This document shows, piece after piece, positions 46,687-56,023 of a DNA stretch of 64,000 nucleotides. How positions within the stretch are numbered: position 1 is the first letter of the stretch; the number at the start of each line of letters is the position of its first letter. The stretch spans positions 372,677 to 436,676 of the forward strand of contig JACKEN010000003.1 of the NCBI GenBank assembly GCA_020632995.1. Direction: 5' to 3'. This stretch comes from Deltaproteobacteria bacterium (GTDB taxonomy: Bacteria; Myxococcota; Kuafuiibacteriia; Kuafuiibacteriales; Kuafuiibacteriaceae). The position numbers and the translations under genes are program-made. Under the pieces are notes generated by a model. The model saw nothing but the letters and a program-made list of their open reading frames with translations, made no database searches and was not told the DNA's origin.

Positions 46687-47762
46687 ACACCGCCCTCGGG
46701 CTGACCTACGAGGCGTGCGTGCGCACGCTCTCCCGGAGCGCCACCTGCACCGTTTGCCGCGACGCCTGCCCGGTGCGGGCGGTGGGCCTGGAGGGCATCC
46801 GGGGCTCGGTGACGGTGGCCCTCGACCGCTGCACCGGCTGCGGCCTGTGCAGCGCCGCCTGCCCCACCGACGCCTTCACCGCGCCCTTCGCGCTGGGCGA
46901 GGTGCTGGCCGGCTCGGACGGGCAGCTCGCCTGCGGGCAAGGTGGCTTGCCGTGCATCGGCGCCCTGTCGGCCGAGGACCTCATCGCCCTCGCCACCCGG
47001 GTGAAGGTGGTGGCGCTCCACGACGGCCCCTGCGCCTCTCGGGAGCCCGGCCACCACGCGGCCGCGGCGCGGGCGGCCGAGGCCCAGGCCTTCCTCGACG
47101 CGGTGGGGATCAAGGCCACCGTCTCCTTCGCGCCGGCCGAGGCGCTCCCGCCCGCGGCCGATCGTCGCCCGGAGGCGGCGGAGCCGGCCAAGGCCCCCGA
47201 GGTGTCGGCGGAGCGCCGCCGGATGCTGCGGATGCTGGTGCCCACCCTCAAGCAGGGCCCGAAGGAGGTCTTGCAGCAGCCCGATCGCCTGGACCGAGCC
47301 CGGATGCAGCAGCTCCCCGAGCGGCGTCGGCGCCTCCTCGCCGCGCTGCCGCCCGGGGTGGAGGCCCGGGAGGCCACTGTGCCCACCGCGACGCTGGGCT
47401 TCGTGTCGAGCAAGCAGGTCGACGAGCACGCCTGCACCGCCTGCACGGTGTGCTTCAGCGTGTGCCCCACCGGGGCGCTGCAGGCCCCCCGCTCGCTGAA
47501 GGAGCTGCGCTTCGACACCAGCCGCTGCACCCGGTGCGGGCTCTGCCACGACGTCTGCGAGCCGGACGCCCTGCGCCTGGCCCCCGAGACCTCGCTGGAG
47601 GACTTCCTGGAGTTCACCCCGCGGGTTCTGGCCCGGCTGCCGGTGACCCGCTGCGGGGAGTGCGGCCTGCCCTACAACCGGGCCGAGGGCTCGGCGGGGC
47701 TGTGTCCACGGTGTTGGGCGATGGAGGAGGAGGCCATGGACCTGAGCGGAGGCAACCGATGA
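46683..47762 (+). CDS. Poly-ferredoxin-like protein with multiple 4Fe-4S CxxCxxC(xxx)C motifs
   Basis: At least four Cys clusters (CTVCRDACP, CTGCGLCSAACP, CTACTVCFSVCP, CTRCGLCHDVCEP) plus C-terminal CGECG...CPRC. Confidence 0.7.
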   Translation: MNTALGLTYEACVRTLSRSATCTVCRDACPVRAVGLEGIRGSVTVALDRCTGCGLCSAACPTDAFTAPFALGEVLAGSDGQLACGQGGLPCIGALSAEDLIALATRVKVVALHDGPCASREPGHHAAAARAAEAQAFLDAVGIKATVSFAPAEALPPAADRRPEAAEPAKAPEVSAERRRMLRMLVPTLKQGPKEVLQQPDRLDRARMQQLPERRRRLLAALPPGVEAREATVPTATLGFVSSKQVDEHACTACTVCFSVCPTGALQAPRSLKELRFDTSRCTRCGLCHDVCEPDALRLAPETSLEDFLEFTPRVLARLPVTRCGECGLPYNRAEGSAGLCPRCWAMEEEAMDLSGGNR

Positions 47763-48124
47763 TGCCCGAAGGCCCCCTGGACGAGATGGCGGCGGATCTC
47801 GTGATCCCGGCCAAGAGCGGGATCTACATCGCCAAGAGCGAGGTGATCGTGCTCGCCCACCTGGTGGAAGGTAGCTTGCGGGTGAACGAGCGTCGCCGCA
47901 TGCTCGCCGACGTCCTGAAGTCGCCGGACTCCCTCGAGGGGCTCATGGCCCTGGTGAGCCGCCTGATGGACTTCACCCAGGCCCACCTGGACCGCTACGC
48001 AGAGCTGGCGGAGGCGTTCCCGGCCATGGCCCCCTCGCTCGCGCCGTGGCGCGAGAAGGCCGCGCGCACCCTGGGGCGGCTGGCCGATGTCCGGGAGCAG
48101 ATGGAAGACGAGACCGAGCTCTGA
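47759..48124 (+). CDS. Hypothetical protein (about 121 aa) terminating the oxidoreductase cluster
   Basis: ATG ATG overlapping upstream stop; coding-like composition; no motif. Confidence 0.45.
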   Translation: MMPEGPLDEMAADLVIPAKSGIYIAKSEVIVLAHLVEGSLRVNERRRMLADVLKSPDSLEGLMALVSRLMDFTQAHLDRYAELAEAFPAMAPSLAPWREKAARTLGRLADVREQMEDETEL

Positions 48125-48133
48125 TCTGCAGCT

Positions 48134-49390
48134 CTACTCGACGTGGAGCCCGAGCTGCTCCATGAGGCCCCTGAGGGTGGCGCCGGTGGCCGGCAGGCTG
48201 CCCTGCAGACGACCCGCTCGCGCGGCGATCCACGGATCCACCTTCGGGAGCGGCTTCACCGCGCCGGCCAGGCCGAGCAGGCGGCTCCACTCCTCGGTGC
48301 GGCCCTCGCCGTAGGCGGTGAGCTTCTCCATGCCCGCGTCGCCCTTGAGGACGTTGGCGATGGCGTGGGCCAGATCGTGACCCTCCCGGAGCCCCACGTT
48401 CATGCTCTGGATGCCGGCGGGGCCGGTCATGTGGCCCGCGTCGCCGGCCAGCCAGGTGCGCCCGCGCCCGAAGCTGGTGGCGAGCCGCTTCTCGAAGCGC
48501 ACCACCAGGCGCCAGTCGATGTCATCGATCGCGCCCTTGAACCACGGCGCCCGCTCCTTCAGGAACCCGTACAGGTGCTCCGGGTCCAGCACCGGGTACT
48601 CGTCGCCGCCGACCTGCACCAGGAGGCGGTCCTTCTGGCGCGACAGCTCGTCGCCCGAGAACTCCTCGAGCTCGAAGCTCCACCGCATGCGCCGGCCGGG
48701 GAGCGGCCACAGCACGTTGGTGCGCTCCGCCTCCAGCACCAGCCGCATCTCCGGGCCGAGGTCGGCGTCGGTCTCGAACTCGAAGACCGCGAAGTGCTGG
48801 GCCTTGCCGACCTCCGGGAACGGGATGTCGAGGCTGCGCCGCACGAAGGACTGGTAGCCGTCCGCGCCGAGCACGAAGGGCACCTTCCAGTCGTAGCTCT
48901 TGGCGATCGTCCAGTCGAAGCGAGCCACGCCGTAGCCCATGGACTCCTTCTCCAGCTTGTCGACCGCGACGTGCACCCTGTCGCCCGCCTCCTCCATGTG
49001 GGAGATGCGGTGGCTCCACAGGATCGGGACGCCCAGGGCCTCCAGCGCCTCACCCAGCAGGCCCTCGAGCCGGTCCTGGCTCATGACGGCCACGAAGGCC
49101 CGCCGGTCTCCCGCTGTGAGCCGCACCTCGGCCTTGCGGTCCGAGCCCTCGTACAGCCCCACCGTGTCCACCCGACGGGCCTTCTCGAGCACGCGGCCGA
49201 CCAACCCAACCTCTTCCAACAGATCCAAGGAGGCGCCGTGCAGCGCCAGCGCGTAGGCCCGGGAGGCGGGACGCCACGCCTTGTCCACCACCGTCACCGG
49301 GATCTTGTGCCTGGCCAGCACCAGGGCGGAGTACAGCCCCACCGGGCCCGCCCCCACCACCAGGACGTCAGGCGCCTTCTTGCCGAACAT
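48134..49390 (-). CDS. FAD-dependent monooxygenase/hydroxylase
   Basis: GxGxxG dinucleotide motif VLVVGAGPVGLYSAL at trimmed start; conserved GD (DAGH) FAD-binding motif GRTWLAGDAGHMTGP. Confidence 0.75.
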   Translation of the reverse strand: MFGKKAPDVLVVGAGPVGLYSALVLARHKIPVTVVDKAWRPASRAYALALHGASLDLLEEVGLVGRVLEKARRVDTVGLYEGSDRKAEVRLTAGDRRAFVAVMSQDRLEGLLGEALEALGVPILWSHRISHMEEAGDRVHVAVDKLEKESMGYGVARFDWTIAKSYDWKVPFVLGADGYQSFVRRSLDIPFPEVGKAQHFAVFEFETDADLGPEMRLVLEAERTNVLWPLPGRRMRWSFELEEFSGDELSRQKDRLLVQVGGDEYPVLDPEHLYGFLKERAPWFKGAIDDIDWRLVVRFEKRLATSFGRGRTWLAGDAGHMTGPAGIQSMNVGLREGHDLAHAIANVLKGDAGMEKLTAYGEGRTEEWSRLLGLAGAVKPLPKVDPWIAARAGRLQGSLPATGATLRGLMEQLGLHVE

Positions 49391-49630
49391 GTTGCGCACC
49401 TCCGTGGTGGCGGTCCCCACACCGCCACCGTCACTGAGTTTGACCGCCACTCATCGCATGCATAACCGCGACCAAGCGGTGTGGCTTGGCGCACGGGCGA
49501 CGGCGGGGCGTCGCGCGTGGCGCCTCGGTACGATCCGCCCGGGGCGGCGTCACCACGGCCGAGGTCGGCAGGCCGACTTGCGCGACGCTGCGGCCGGATC
49601 ATGCGTTCGCTTCGACCACAACGCCCGCGC

Positions 49631-51031
49631 CTAGAACTGGAAGTAGATGAAGGACGGGGCGCCGAAGCTCACGGTGATGAACAGGAGCATCAGGCCAGCG
49701 TAGGCGGTGGCCTGCAGCGGCGCGGGGAGGCGGGTGAAGCGCTCGCCCAGCCGCTCCAGCGCGCCCTTGGGGTAGAAGTGCAAGGCGGCGGCCGCCGCGA
49801 GCACCACGTAGTAGAGGCCCGACAATCGTGTGCCCCAGGAGAGCTGACCGAGGCCCCACACGTAGTCCACGAAGTTCTCCCACCCGGTGACCCGGAACAG
49901 GAGCCAGCTCACCAGCACGAGGTGGAAGGTCAGCGCCCGGCGCCGCACCTTCACCGCGAGGGCGGCCTCGTCGTCGTGCTTGGTGGCCTTCCGCGCGAAC
50001 ATGAGCAGGACGCCGTGGTAGGCGCCCCAGATGATGAAGTTCAGCGCCGCGCCGTGCCAGAGGCCGCCGAGGACCATGGTGACCATCAGGTTGAAGCGCA
50101 CGCGGCGCGGGCTCCCGCGGTTCCCCCCGAGGGCGATGTAGAGGTAGTCGCGGAGCCAGGACGACAGCGAGATGTGCCACCGGGTCCAGAACTCCCGCAC
50201 GTTCTGGGAGAGGTACGGGCGGTTGAAGTTGGGGGTGAGCTCGTAGCCCAGCACGCGCGCGGCGCCGATCGCGATGTCGCTGTAGCCTGAGAAGTCGCAG
50301 TAGATCTGGAACGCGTAGCCGTAGAGCCCGAAGAGCAGATCCCAGCTCGAGAAGGCGCGGGGGTTGGCGAACACCGCGTCCACCCCGAGGGTGGCCAGGG
50401 TGTCGGCCAACACCACCTTCTTCACCAGCCCCTGGAACATGAGCCGCAGGCCGTCGTCCACCCGCGCCCGCGTCACGTTCGGGGTGCTGTGCATCTGGGG
50501 CAGGAACTCGAAGGCCCGCACGATCGGCCCCGCCACCAGCTGAGGGAAGAACGCAACGTAGACTGCGAACTTGATGAAGCTGCGCTCGTGCTCGATGCGG
50601 CGGTGGTACAGGTCGATCGTGTAGCTGAGGGTCTGGAACGTGTAGAACGAGATCCCCACCGGCAGGAGGAGCCGGTGGTAGAGGAAGCTCACGTCGTGCC
50701 CCATGAGCTGGGCCCCGTCCTGGGCCAGGCTCACGAAGAAGTTGAAGTACTTGAACAGGCCGAGCAGGCCCAGGTTCAGGGTGAGGCTGGCCAGGAGCAG
50801 CGCCTTTCGTTGCCGCTGGCGCTCCTCCTTCGCCATGCGGAGCCCGATGCCGTAGTCCACCAGGGTCGAGAACGCGATGAGCCCCGCGTAGCGCCAGTTC
50901 CAGCTCATGTAGAACACGTAGCTGGCCACCAGGAGCACCCCGTCCCGGAGGTGCTCGCGCCGGAACACCGCGAGGTAGATCAGGACCACGGTGGGGAAGA
51001 AGAGCAGGAACTCGGGCGAGTTGAAGTTCAC
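49631..51031 (-). CDS. MBOAT-family membrane-bound O-acyltransferase (AlgI/DltB/PatA-like)
   Basis: Typical N-terminus FNSPEFLLFFPTVVL after GTG start; conserved His regions (WRRWHISLSSWLRDYLYI, LWHGAALNFIIWG). Confidence 0.85.
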   Translation of the reverse strand: MNFNSPEFLLFFPTVVLIYLAVFRREHLRDGVLLVASYVFYMSWNWRYAGLIAFSTLVDYGIGLRMAKEERQRQRKALLLASLTLNLGLLGLFKYFNFFVSLAQDGAQLMGHDVSFLYHRLLLPVGISFYTFQTLSYTIDLYHRRIEHERSFIKFAVYVAFFPQLVAGPIVRAFEFLPQMHSTPNVTRARVDDGLRLMFQGLVKKVVLADTLATLGVDAVFANPRAFSSWDLLFGLYGYAFQIYCDFSGYSDIAIGAARVLGYELTPNFNRPYLSQNVREFWTRWHISLSSWLRDYLYIALGGNRGSPRRVRFNLMVTMVLGGLWHGAALNFIIWGAYHGVLLMFARKATKHDDEAALAVKVRRRALTFHLVLVSWLLFRVTGWENFVDYVWGLGQLSWGTRLSGLYYVVLAAAAALHFYPKGALERLGERFTRLPAPLQATAYAGLMLLFITVSFGAPSFIYFQF

Positions 51032-52056
51032 CGCGCGGTCTCCCGGTCCTGCAGGAGAGCCTTCGTGAGCACCTGGGCCACCCGCTCGTGCCCCTCCCAC
51101 TTGAAGTGGTGGAAGTCGCTGAAGAGCGCGCTCTGCCCGCCGATGGCGGCGTCGAGGTCGATGATGGGGACGTCAAGACGACTTGCCATGGCGTACAAGC
51201 CCTGGTTGAGCTCGCGCACCGTCTGCATCCACCCCGCGATCGAGAGGTGCATGTTGAAGCTGTAGACGTAGTACTGCCACGGCTCCGGCATCTGTTGGAG
51301 CTGGTCCGCGCGGTGGCTCACCGCGAAGGTCACCAGCACCGGCTCGATCCCCAGCGCCCGCGCCCGGACCACGAAGCGCTCTACCGCGGTGAGGAAGCGC
51401 GCCTCGCCCGCCGCCCCGAGGCCATCGGCGAGCACCCGGCTCGGCACCAGGCGCGAGGTGAGGTTGGTCTTCACCAGGACCCAGGTGGTGGTGCGCTCCC
51501 CGGTGCGGGCGGGCCAGCTGGGCAGGAGCGGCTCCGGCGCCTCCGCCGGGCGCTCGTGCGCGCTGGGGTCCTGCGCCCCGAGGTACTCGCCGCTGAGGGC
51601 GCTGACGTCGTTCGCCATCTGGTAGAGGACCGCCACGTCGGGGCGCCAGGCGGGCGCAAGCGCCTCGAGGGTGGCGATGTTCTCGTCCACCAGGAGGCCG
51701 GGCTCGCTCGCGTTGAGCACCTCACACCGTCGCCCGGCCGCGCTGCACTCGCGCTCCATGAGGGTGGGGAAGATGCGGCTCTTGGGGACGTCCATCGGGG
51801 CGGCGTGGGAGGTGGAGGCGACCCAGATCCGCAAGGTGCCTGGCGATCGCGCCTGGCCGTGCACCGGGCCCCAGAACGGATAATCCTCGCGAGGCCCGTA
51901 CGAGACGTCGCCCGCCGCCTCCGCGCGCTGGATCGGGCCCGGGCCCAGGAGCAGCGTCTCCCACCCGCGCAGGTGGGCGCGCAGCTCGAGTCCGGCTTCG
52001 AGGCCCAGGAGCAGGACCAGGAGCCAGAGGGGTGTCGAGAGGTCCTTCAGCCGCAT
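51028..52056 (-). CDS. Secreted partner protein of MBOAT (AlgJ/AlgX/DltD-like SGNH-type acyltransferase/esterase, tentative)
   Basis: Signal peptide; stop overlaps MBOAT GTG start (GTGA); genomic pairing typical of O-acetylation systems; catalytic motifs not confidently identified. Confidence 0.55.
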   Translation of the reverse strand: MRLKDLSTPLWLLVLLLGLEAGLELRAHLRGWETLLLGPGPIQRAEAAGDVSYGPREDYPFWGPVHGQARSPGTLRIWVASTSHAAPMDVPKSRIFPTLMERECSAAGRRCEVLNASEPGLLVDENIATLEALAPAWRPDVAVLYQMANDVSALSGEYLGAQDPSAHERPAEAPEPLLPSWPARTGERTTTWVLVKTNLTSRLVPSRVLADGLGAAGEARFLTAVERFVVRARALGIEPVLVTFAVSHRADQLQQMPEPWQYYVYSFNMHLSIAGWMQTVRELNQGLYAMASRLDVPIIDLDAAIGGQSALFSDFHHFKWEGHERVAQVLTKALLQDRETAR

Positions 52057-52177
52057 GGCCAGCCCCGACCTTTCGACAACTACGCCCGGCCTGAGGGCCG
52101 CGCAATGATGATTGCGGCGCCGACCCAGCCCGTATCACTTGCCTTTGCCGGCCGGATCCGCCGAATGTTCGCACCCG

Positions 52178-53518
52178 ATGGCCGAAACTGCGTATCGAAC
52201 CGCCCCCGTCAAGACAAGCGGCTGGCCCAGCGGCATCCCGTACATCATCGGGAACGAGGCCGCGGAGCGCTTCAGCTACTACGGCATGCGCTCGATCCTC
52301 GTGGTGTTCATGACCGAGTTCCTCATGGGCGCGGACGGCAACCTGGCCCCCATGTCCGACGCGGATGCGCGCGCCTGGTACCACGTGTTCGCGCAGGCGG
52401 TGTACTTCCTCCCGATCCTCGGCTCGATCCTCTCGGACGGGATCCTCGGCAAGTACAAGACGATCCTCAGCCTCTCGATCGTGTACTGCCTCGGCCACCT
52501 GACCCTGGCCCTCGACGAGACCCGGCTCGGCCTCGCGCTCGGTCTCGGGCTGATCGCGATCGGCTCGGGCGGCATCAAGCCCTGCGTCTCCGCCAACGTG
52601 GGTGATCAGTTCGGGCAGTCCAACCAGCACCTCCTCTCGAAGACCTTCAGCTGGTTCTACTTCTCCATCAACTTCGGCTCCTTCTTCTCGACCCTCCTCA
52701 TCCCCTGGCTCCTGCGCGCCTACGGGCCCAACGTGGCGTTCGGCCTCCCCGGGCTCCTGATGCTCCTCGCCACGATCGTGTTCTACCTGGGCCGCCGCGA
52801 GTTCGTGCACGTGCCCCCGGCGGGGATGGACTTCGTGCGCGAGACCTTCAGCGTGGCGGGGCTGCGCACCATCGCGCGGCTCTTCGTGTTGATGGTGTTC
52901 CTGCTGCCGTTCTGGGCCATCTTCGATCAGACCGGCTCTGCGTGGGTGCTCCAGGCCAAGCAGATGGACCTGAACTTCTTCGGCATCGAGCTCCTCCCGG
53001 CCCAGGTCCACGCCGCCAACCCCATCATGGTGATGCTCTTCGCGCCGATCTTCGCCTACGGCGTGTACCCGAGGGTCTCGAAGATCTGGCCGATGACCCC
53101 GCTCCGGAAGATGGGGGTGGGCTTCTTCGTCGCGGGGCTCTCGTTCGTGGTCTGCGCCTACGTGGAGCAGCTGATCGCGGCCGGCCAGCGCCCCTCGGTG
53201 TGGTGGCAGATCTTCGCCTACGCGATCATCACCGTGGCCGAGGTGATGGTGTCGATCACCTCGCTGGAGTTCTTCTACACCCAGGGCCCGAAGCGCATGA
53301 AGTCGCTGATCATGTCGATCCAGATGCTCTCGATCTCGCTCGGGAACGGCTTCACCGCCCTGGTCAACTTCGTCATCAAGAACGACGACGGCACCGACAA
53401 GCTCTCCGGCCCGTCGTACTACATGTTCTTTGCCGCGGTGATGTTGGTGGCGTCGGTGCTCTTCGTGTTCGTAGCCATGCGCTACAAGGAGCACACTCAC
53501 CTGCAGGACGAGGCATGA
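52178..53518 (+). CDS. POT/PTR2-family proton-dependent oligopeptide transporter (MFS)
   Basis: PTR2 signatures ERFSYYGMRSILVVF and FYFSINFGSF; 12-14 TM helices. Confidence 0.85.
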   Translation: MAETAYRTAPVKTSGWPSGIPYIIGNEAAERFSYYGMRSILVVFMTEFLMGADGNLAPMSDADARAWYHVFAQAVYFLPILGSILSDGILGKYKTILSLSIVYCLGHLTLALDETRLGLALGLGLIAIGSGGIKPCVSANVGDQFGQSNQHLLSKTFSWFYFSINFGSFFSTLLIPWLLRAYGPNVAFGLPGLLMLLATIVFYLGRREFVHVPPAGMDFVRETFSVAGLRTIARLFVLMVFLLPFWAIFDQTGSAWVLQAKQMDLNFFGIELLPAQVHAANPIMVMLFAPIFAYGVYPRVSKIWPMTPLRKMGVGFFVAGLSFVVCAYVEQLIAAGQRPSVWWQIFAYAIITVAEVMVSITSLEFFYTQGPKRMKSLIMSIQMLSISLGNGFTALVNFVIKNDDGTDKLSGPSYYMFFAAVMLVASVLFVFVAMRYKEHTHLQDEA

Positions 53519-54375
53519 GCCGGCGCAAGAAGACGTCGGGCGAGGTGAAGGCGAGGAGCGCGCTCTCCCCCGAGGCGGTGCAAGGTACCCTGCTCGAGGG
53601 GCAGTCGCTCCCGGTGCTCCAGGCCCTCGGGCTGGTGACGCCCCGGGGCGGGGCGAGCGCCGACGCCCACCGCAAGATCAAGCAGATCAGCCACTTCGTG
53701 CAGCAGATCGCCCCCGCCCTCGACGACCTCTTCGAGCGGCACCCCGAGCCGGTGCTGGTGGACGCCGCGGCGGGCAAGGCCTACCTGGGCCTGGTGATCT
53801 ACGAGCGCTGGATCGCGCGCCACGGCCGCGGCCGCCTGATCGCGATCGAGGGCCGTCCTGACCTCGTGACCCGCGTCCAGGGCATCGCGACCGAGCTCGG
53901 CTTCGATCGCCTCGAGGTGCAGCCCGCGCGCATCGCGGAGGCCGAGTGGCCGGAGCGGGTGCACTTCGCGATGGCGCTCCACGCGTGCGACACCGCCACC
54001 GACGAGGCGCTCGCGATGGCGCTCGCGGCCAAGGCCGACCACGTCGCGCTGGTGCCGTGCTGTCAGGCCGAGGTGGCGCGCCTCTTGAAAGAGGTGGACG
54101 CGGGGCCGGCGGATCTGTGGCGGCACGCCTGGCACCGGCGCGAGTTCGGCGCCCACCTCACGAATGTCATCCGCGCCCTCGCGCTGCAGTCCTACGGCTA
54201 CCAGGTCACGGTGACCGAGCTCGCGGGATGGGAGCACAGCCTGAAGAACGAGCTGATCCTCGGCCGCCGGGTGGCGCGCTTTCACGCGGGGGCGGAGCGC
54301 CAGCTGGCCCAGCTCCTCGAGCAGATCCCGGTGCGGCCGTGGCTCCTCGAGCACCTGCCGCCGCGCGAGACCTAG
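53515..54375 (+). CDS. Probable SAM-dependent methyltransferase
   Basis: ATGA overlap with POT stop; Rossmann-like VLVDAAAGKAYLGL glycine-rich motif; no further assignment. Confidence 0.5.
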   Translation: MSRRKKTSGEVKARSALSPEAVQGTLLEGQSLPVLQALGLVTPRGGASADAHRKIKQISHFVQQIAPALDDLFERHPEPVLVDAAAGKAYLGLVIYERWIARHGRGRLIAIEGRPDLVTRVQGIATELGFDRLEVQPARIAEAEWPERVHFAMALHACDTATDEALAMALAAKADHVALVPCCQAEVARLLKEVDAGPADLWRHAWHRREFGAHLTNVIRALALQSYGYQVTVTELAGWEHSLKNELILGRRVARFHAGAERQLAQLLEQIPVRPWLLEHLPPRET

Positions 54376-54384
54376 CCCGAGACC

Positions 54385-55662
54385 CTAAGGCTGATCCTCT
54401 TCGTCCAGCTCCTCCGGCGTCTCCGCTGGCGCGCGCGTCCCCGGGGGGCCGAAGGGGTTGGTGATCACCGGCCGGTTGAGCGGGCTGTCTTCGAAGGGGC
54501 TCTTCGCGAAGGGGCTCTTGTCGAAGCGGCTCTTCATCGGGTCGTAGCGCTGCTCGCGCTCGCCCACCAGGCCCGCGGGATCGTCGCCGCCGTTCACCGG
54601 GATCATGCGCACGTTGACCCCGGTGGACTCGGGGCTGAGGTTGAGCTGCTTGTCGAGGAAGCCCTGGCGCTTGAGGATCACCACCGCGCGGTCCCCGCCC
54701 ACCGGGCGCGGCACCGTGGTCGGGGTCTCGCCGACCATGCGACCGCCCACCCAGACCTCGGCCCCGGCGGGGTTGCTGCTGATCTCCACCTCGCCGCCCG
54801 CCTGCATCATCTCCTCGAGGGGGGAGCGCTTCTTGTCCTGCTTCTTGTTGCCCGCGCCGTACCAGCCCAGCCGCGTGGGCTCGGTGACCCGCGGGTTGTA
54901 GTACGGCGAGTACATGCTCTCGTCGTCGATGACGTAGTAGACCACCAGCACCGCGAGCATCCCGAAGGCCACCCAGAGGTGACCGGGCAGGCCGAGGAAC
55001 TTCGACTGGCCGTCGCGCTCCTTCTTGCTCTTCTTCGGCGGGATGAGCTGCACCGCCATCGGCTGCGCCTGGGGCACCGCGGTGTAGGGCACCGCGGTGG
55101 GCATGGCCCCCGCCGGCCCGAGGAACTCACGATCGTGCTGGTCGAGCACGCCGAGGCAGGTCTGCAGGAAGAGCGCCGCGGTGTGCCGCTCCACGCTGCC
55201 CTGCGTCAAGATGGCTTGCGGTCCCCGCTGGGCGTCGTACGCCATCACCAGGAACGGGGTCTGGCTCACCGGCTCCACCCCGAAGTCCAACACCTGGGCG
55301 AGCTCCGGGCGCATGAAGTGCGCCGCGATCTCGGGGCGCCGCACCAGGCTGTCGAGGAGGCGGGCCCGGCGGGCGAGGCGCTCCGAGGGGAAGCTCTCCA
55401 GCACCACCGTCCGCCCGTCCCCCAGCGCGGTGGCCAGGTAGGTGCCCTGGGTGCCCTGGGCGAGGAGCACGTGGTCGATCCGGTAGCGCCCGCCGAGCAC
55501 CGTGCCGGGCTGCAGGGTGGGGGTCAGGGCAGGCCCGTAGGCCACCCCGGGCACCTGATGCACCGGGCACATCCCCGCCGGGGTGGGGACCCCACACAGC
55601 GGGCAGTAGCGGGCCGCGGCCTCCAACGCATCTAGCGGAGCATCGCGCGCGGTGGGGAGCAA
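54385..55662 (-). CDS. Zinc-ribbon plus truncated kinase-like N-lobe plus TM plus C-terminal PEGA-domain protein
   Basis: CPLCG...CPVH ribbon; LGGRYRIDHVLLAQGTQGTYLA glycine-loop-like segment without HRD/DFG; TM helix HLWVAFGMLAVLVVYYVI; PEGA-like GEVEISSNPAGAEVWVGGRMVGETPT; start uncertain (TTG candidates near 55662/55623). Confidence 0.5.
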   Translation of the reverse strand: MLPTARDAPLDALEAAARYCPLCGVPTPAGMCPVHQVPGVAYGPALTPTLQPGTVLGGRYRIDHVLLAQGTQGTYLATALGDGRTVVLESFPSERLARRARLLDSLVRRPEIAAHFMRPELAQVLDFGVEPVSQTPFLVMAYDAQRGPQAILTQGSVERHTAALFLQTCLGVLDQHDREFLGPAGAMPTAVPYTAVPQAQPMAVQLIPPKKSKKERDGQSKFLGLPGHLWVAFGMLAVLVVYYVIDDESMYSPYYNPRVTEPTRLGWYGAGNKKQDKKRSPLEEMMQAGGEVEISSNPAGAEVWVGGRMVGETPTTVPRPVGGDRAVVILKRQGFLDKQLNLSPESTGVNVRMIPVNGGDDPAGLVGEREQRYDPMKSRFDKSPFAKSPFEDSPLNRPVITNPFGPPGTRAPAETPEELDEEDQP

Positions 55663-56023
55663 GGGCCCAGCGCGCCCTGGATCGAGGTACTTGTGCCGTC
55701 GTGACCCACATCGACCCCCATCGGGCCGGTGCGTCCCATGCTGGACCGAGGGTCCACCCCGCGCCCCAGCGGGGTGAGATAACGCGCGTCTGGAGCCGCT
55801 CTGGCGCCCTCGCGCGCGAGCGCTTGAAAGGTACCTTTCCGACCCGATGGCGGGCTCCATGGGCAGAATCGGGGTGTCAACCGGGGTTGCCGTGATCCGA
55901 CACCGACCTACACGAAAGCGAAGCCTCGACGCCTCAGGTGAGGGGTCGGCGCCACATTGGGTCGATTCCGGTCCGTTTGCCGACTGATGGGCGGGTGAGG
56001 GGGGCCTTCACTAACACCGAGGC

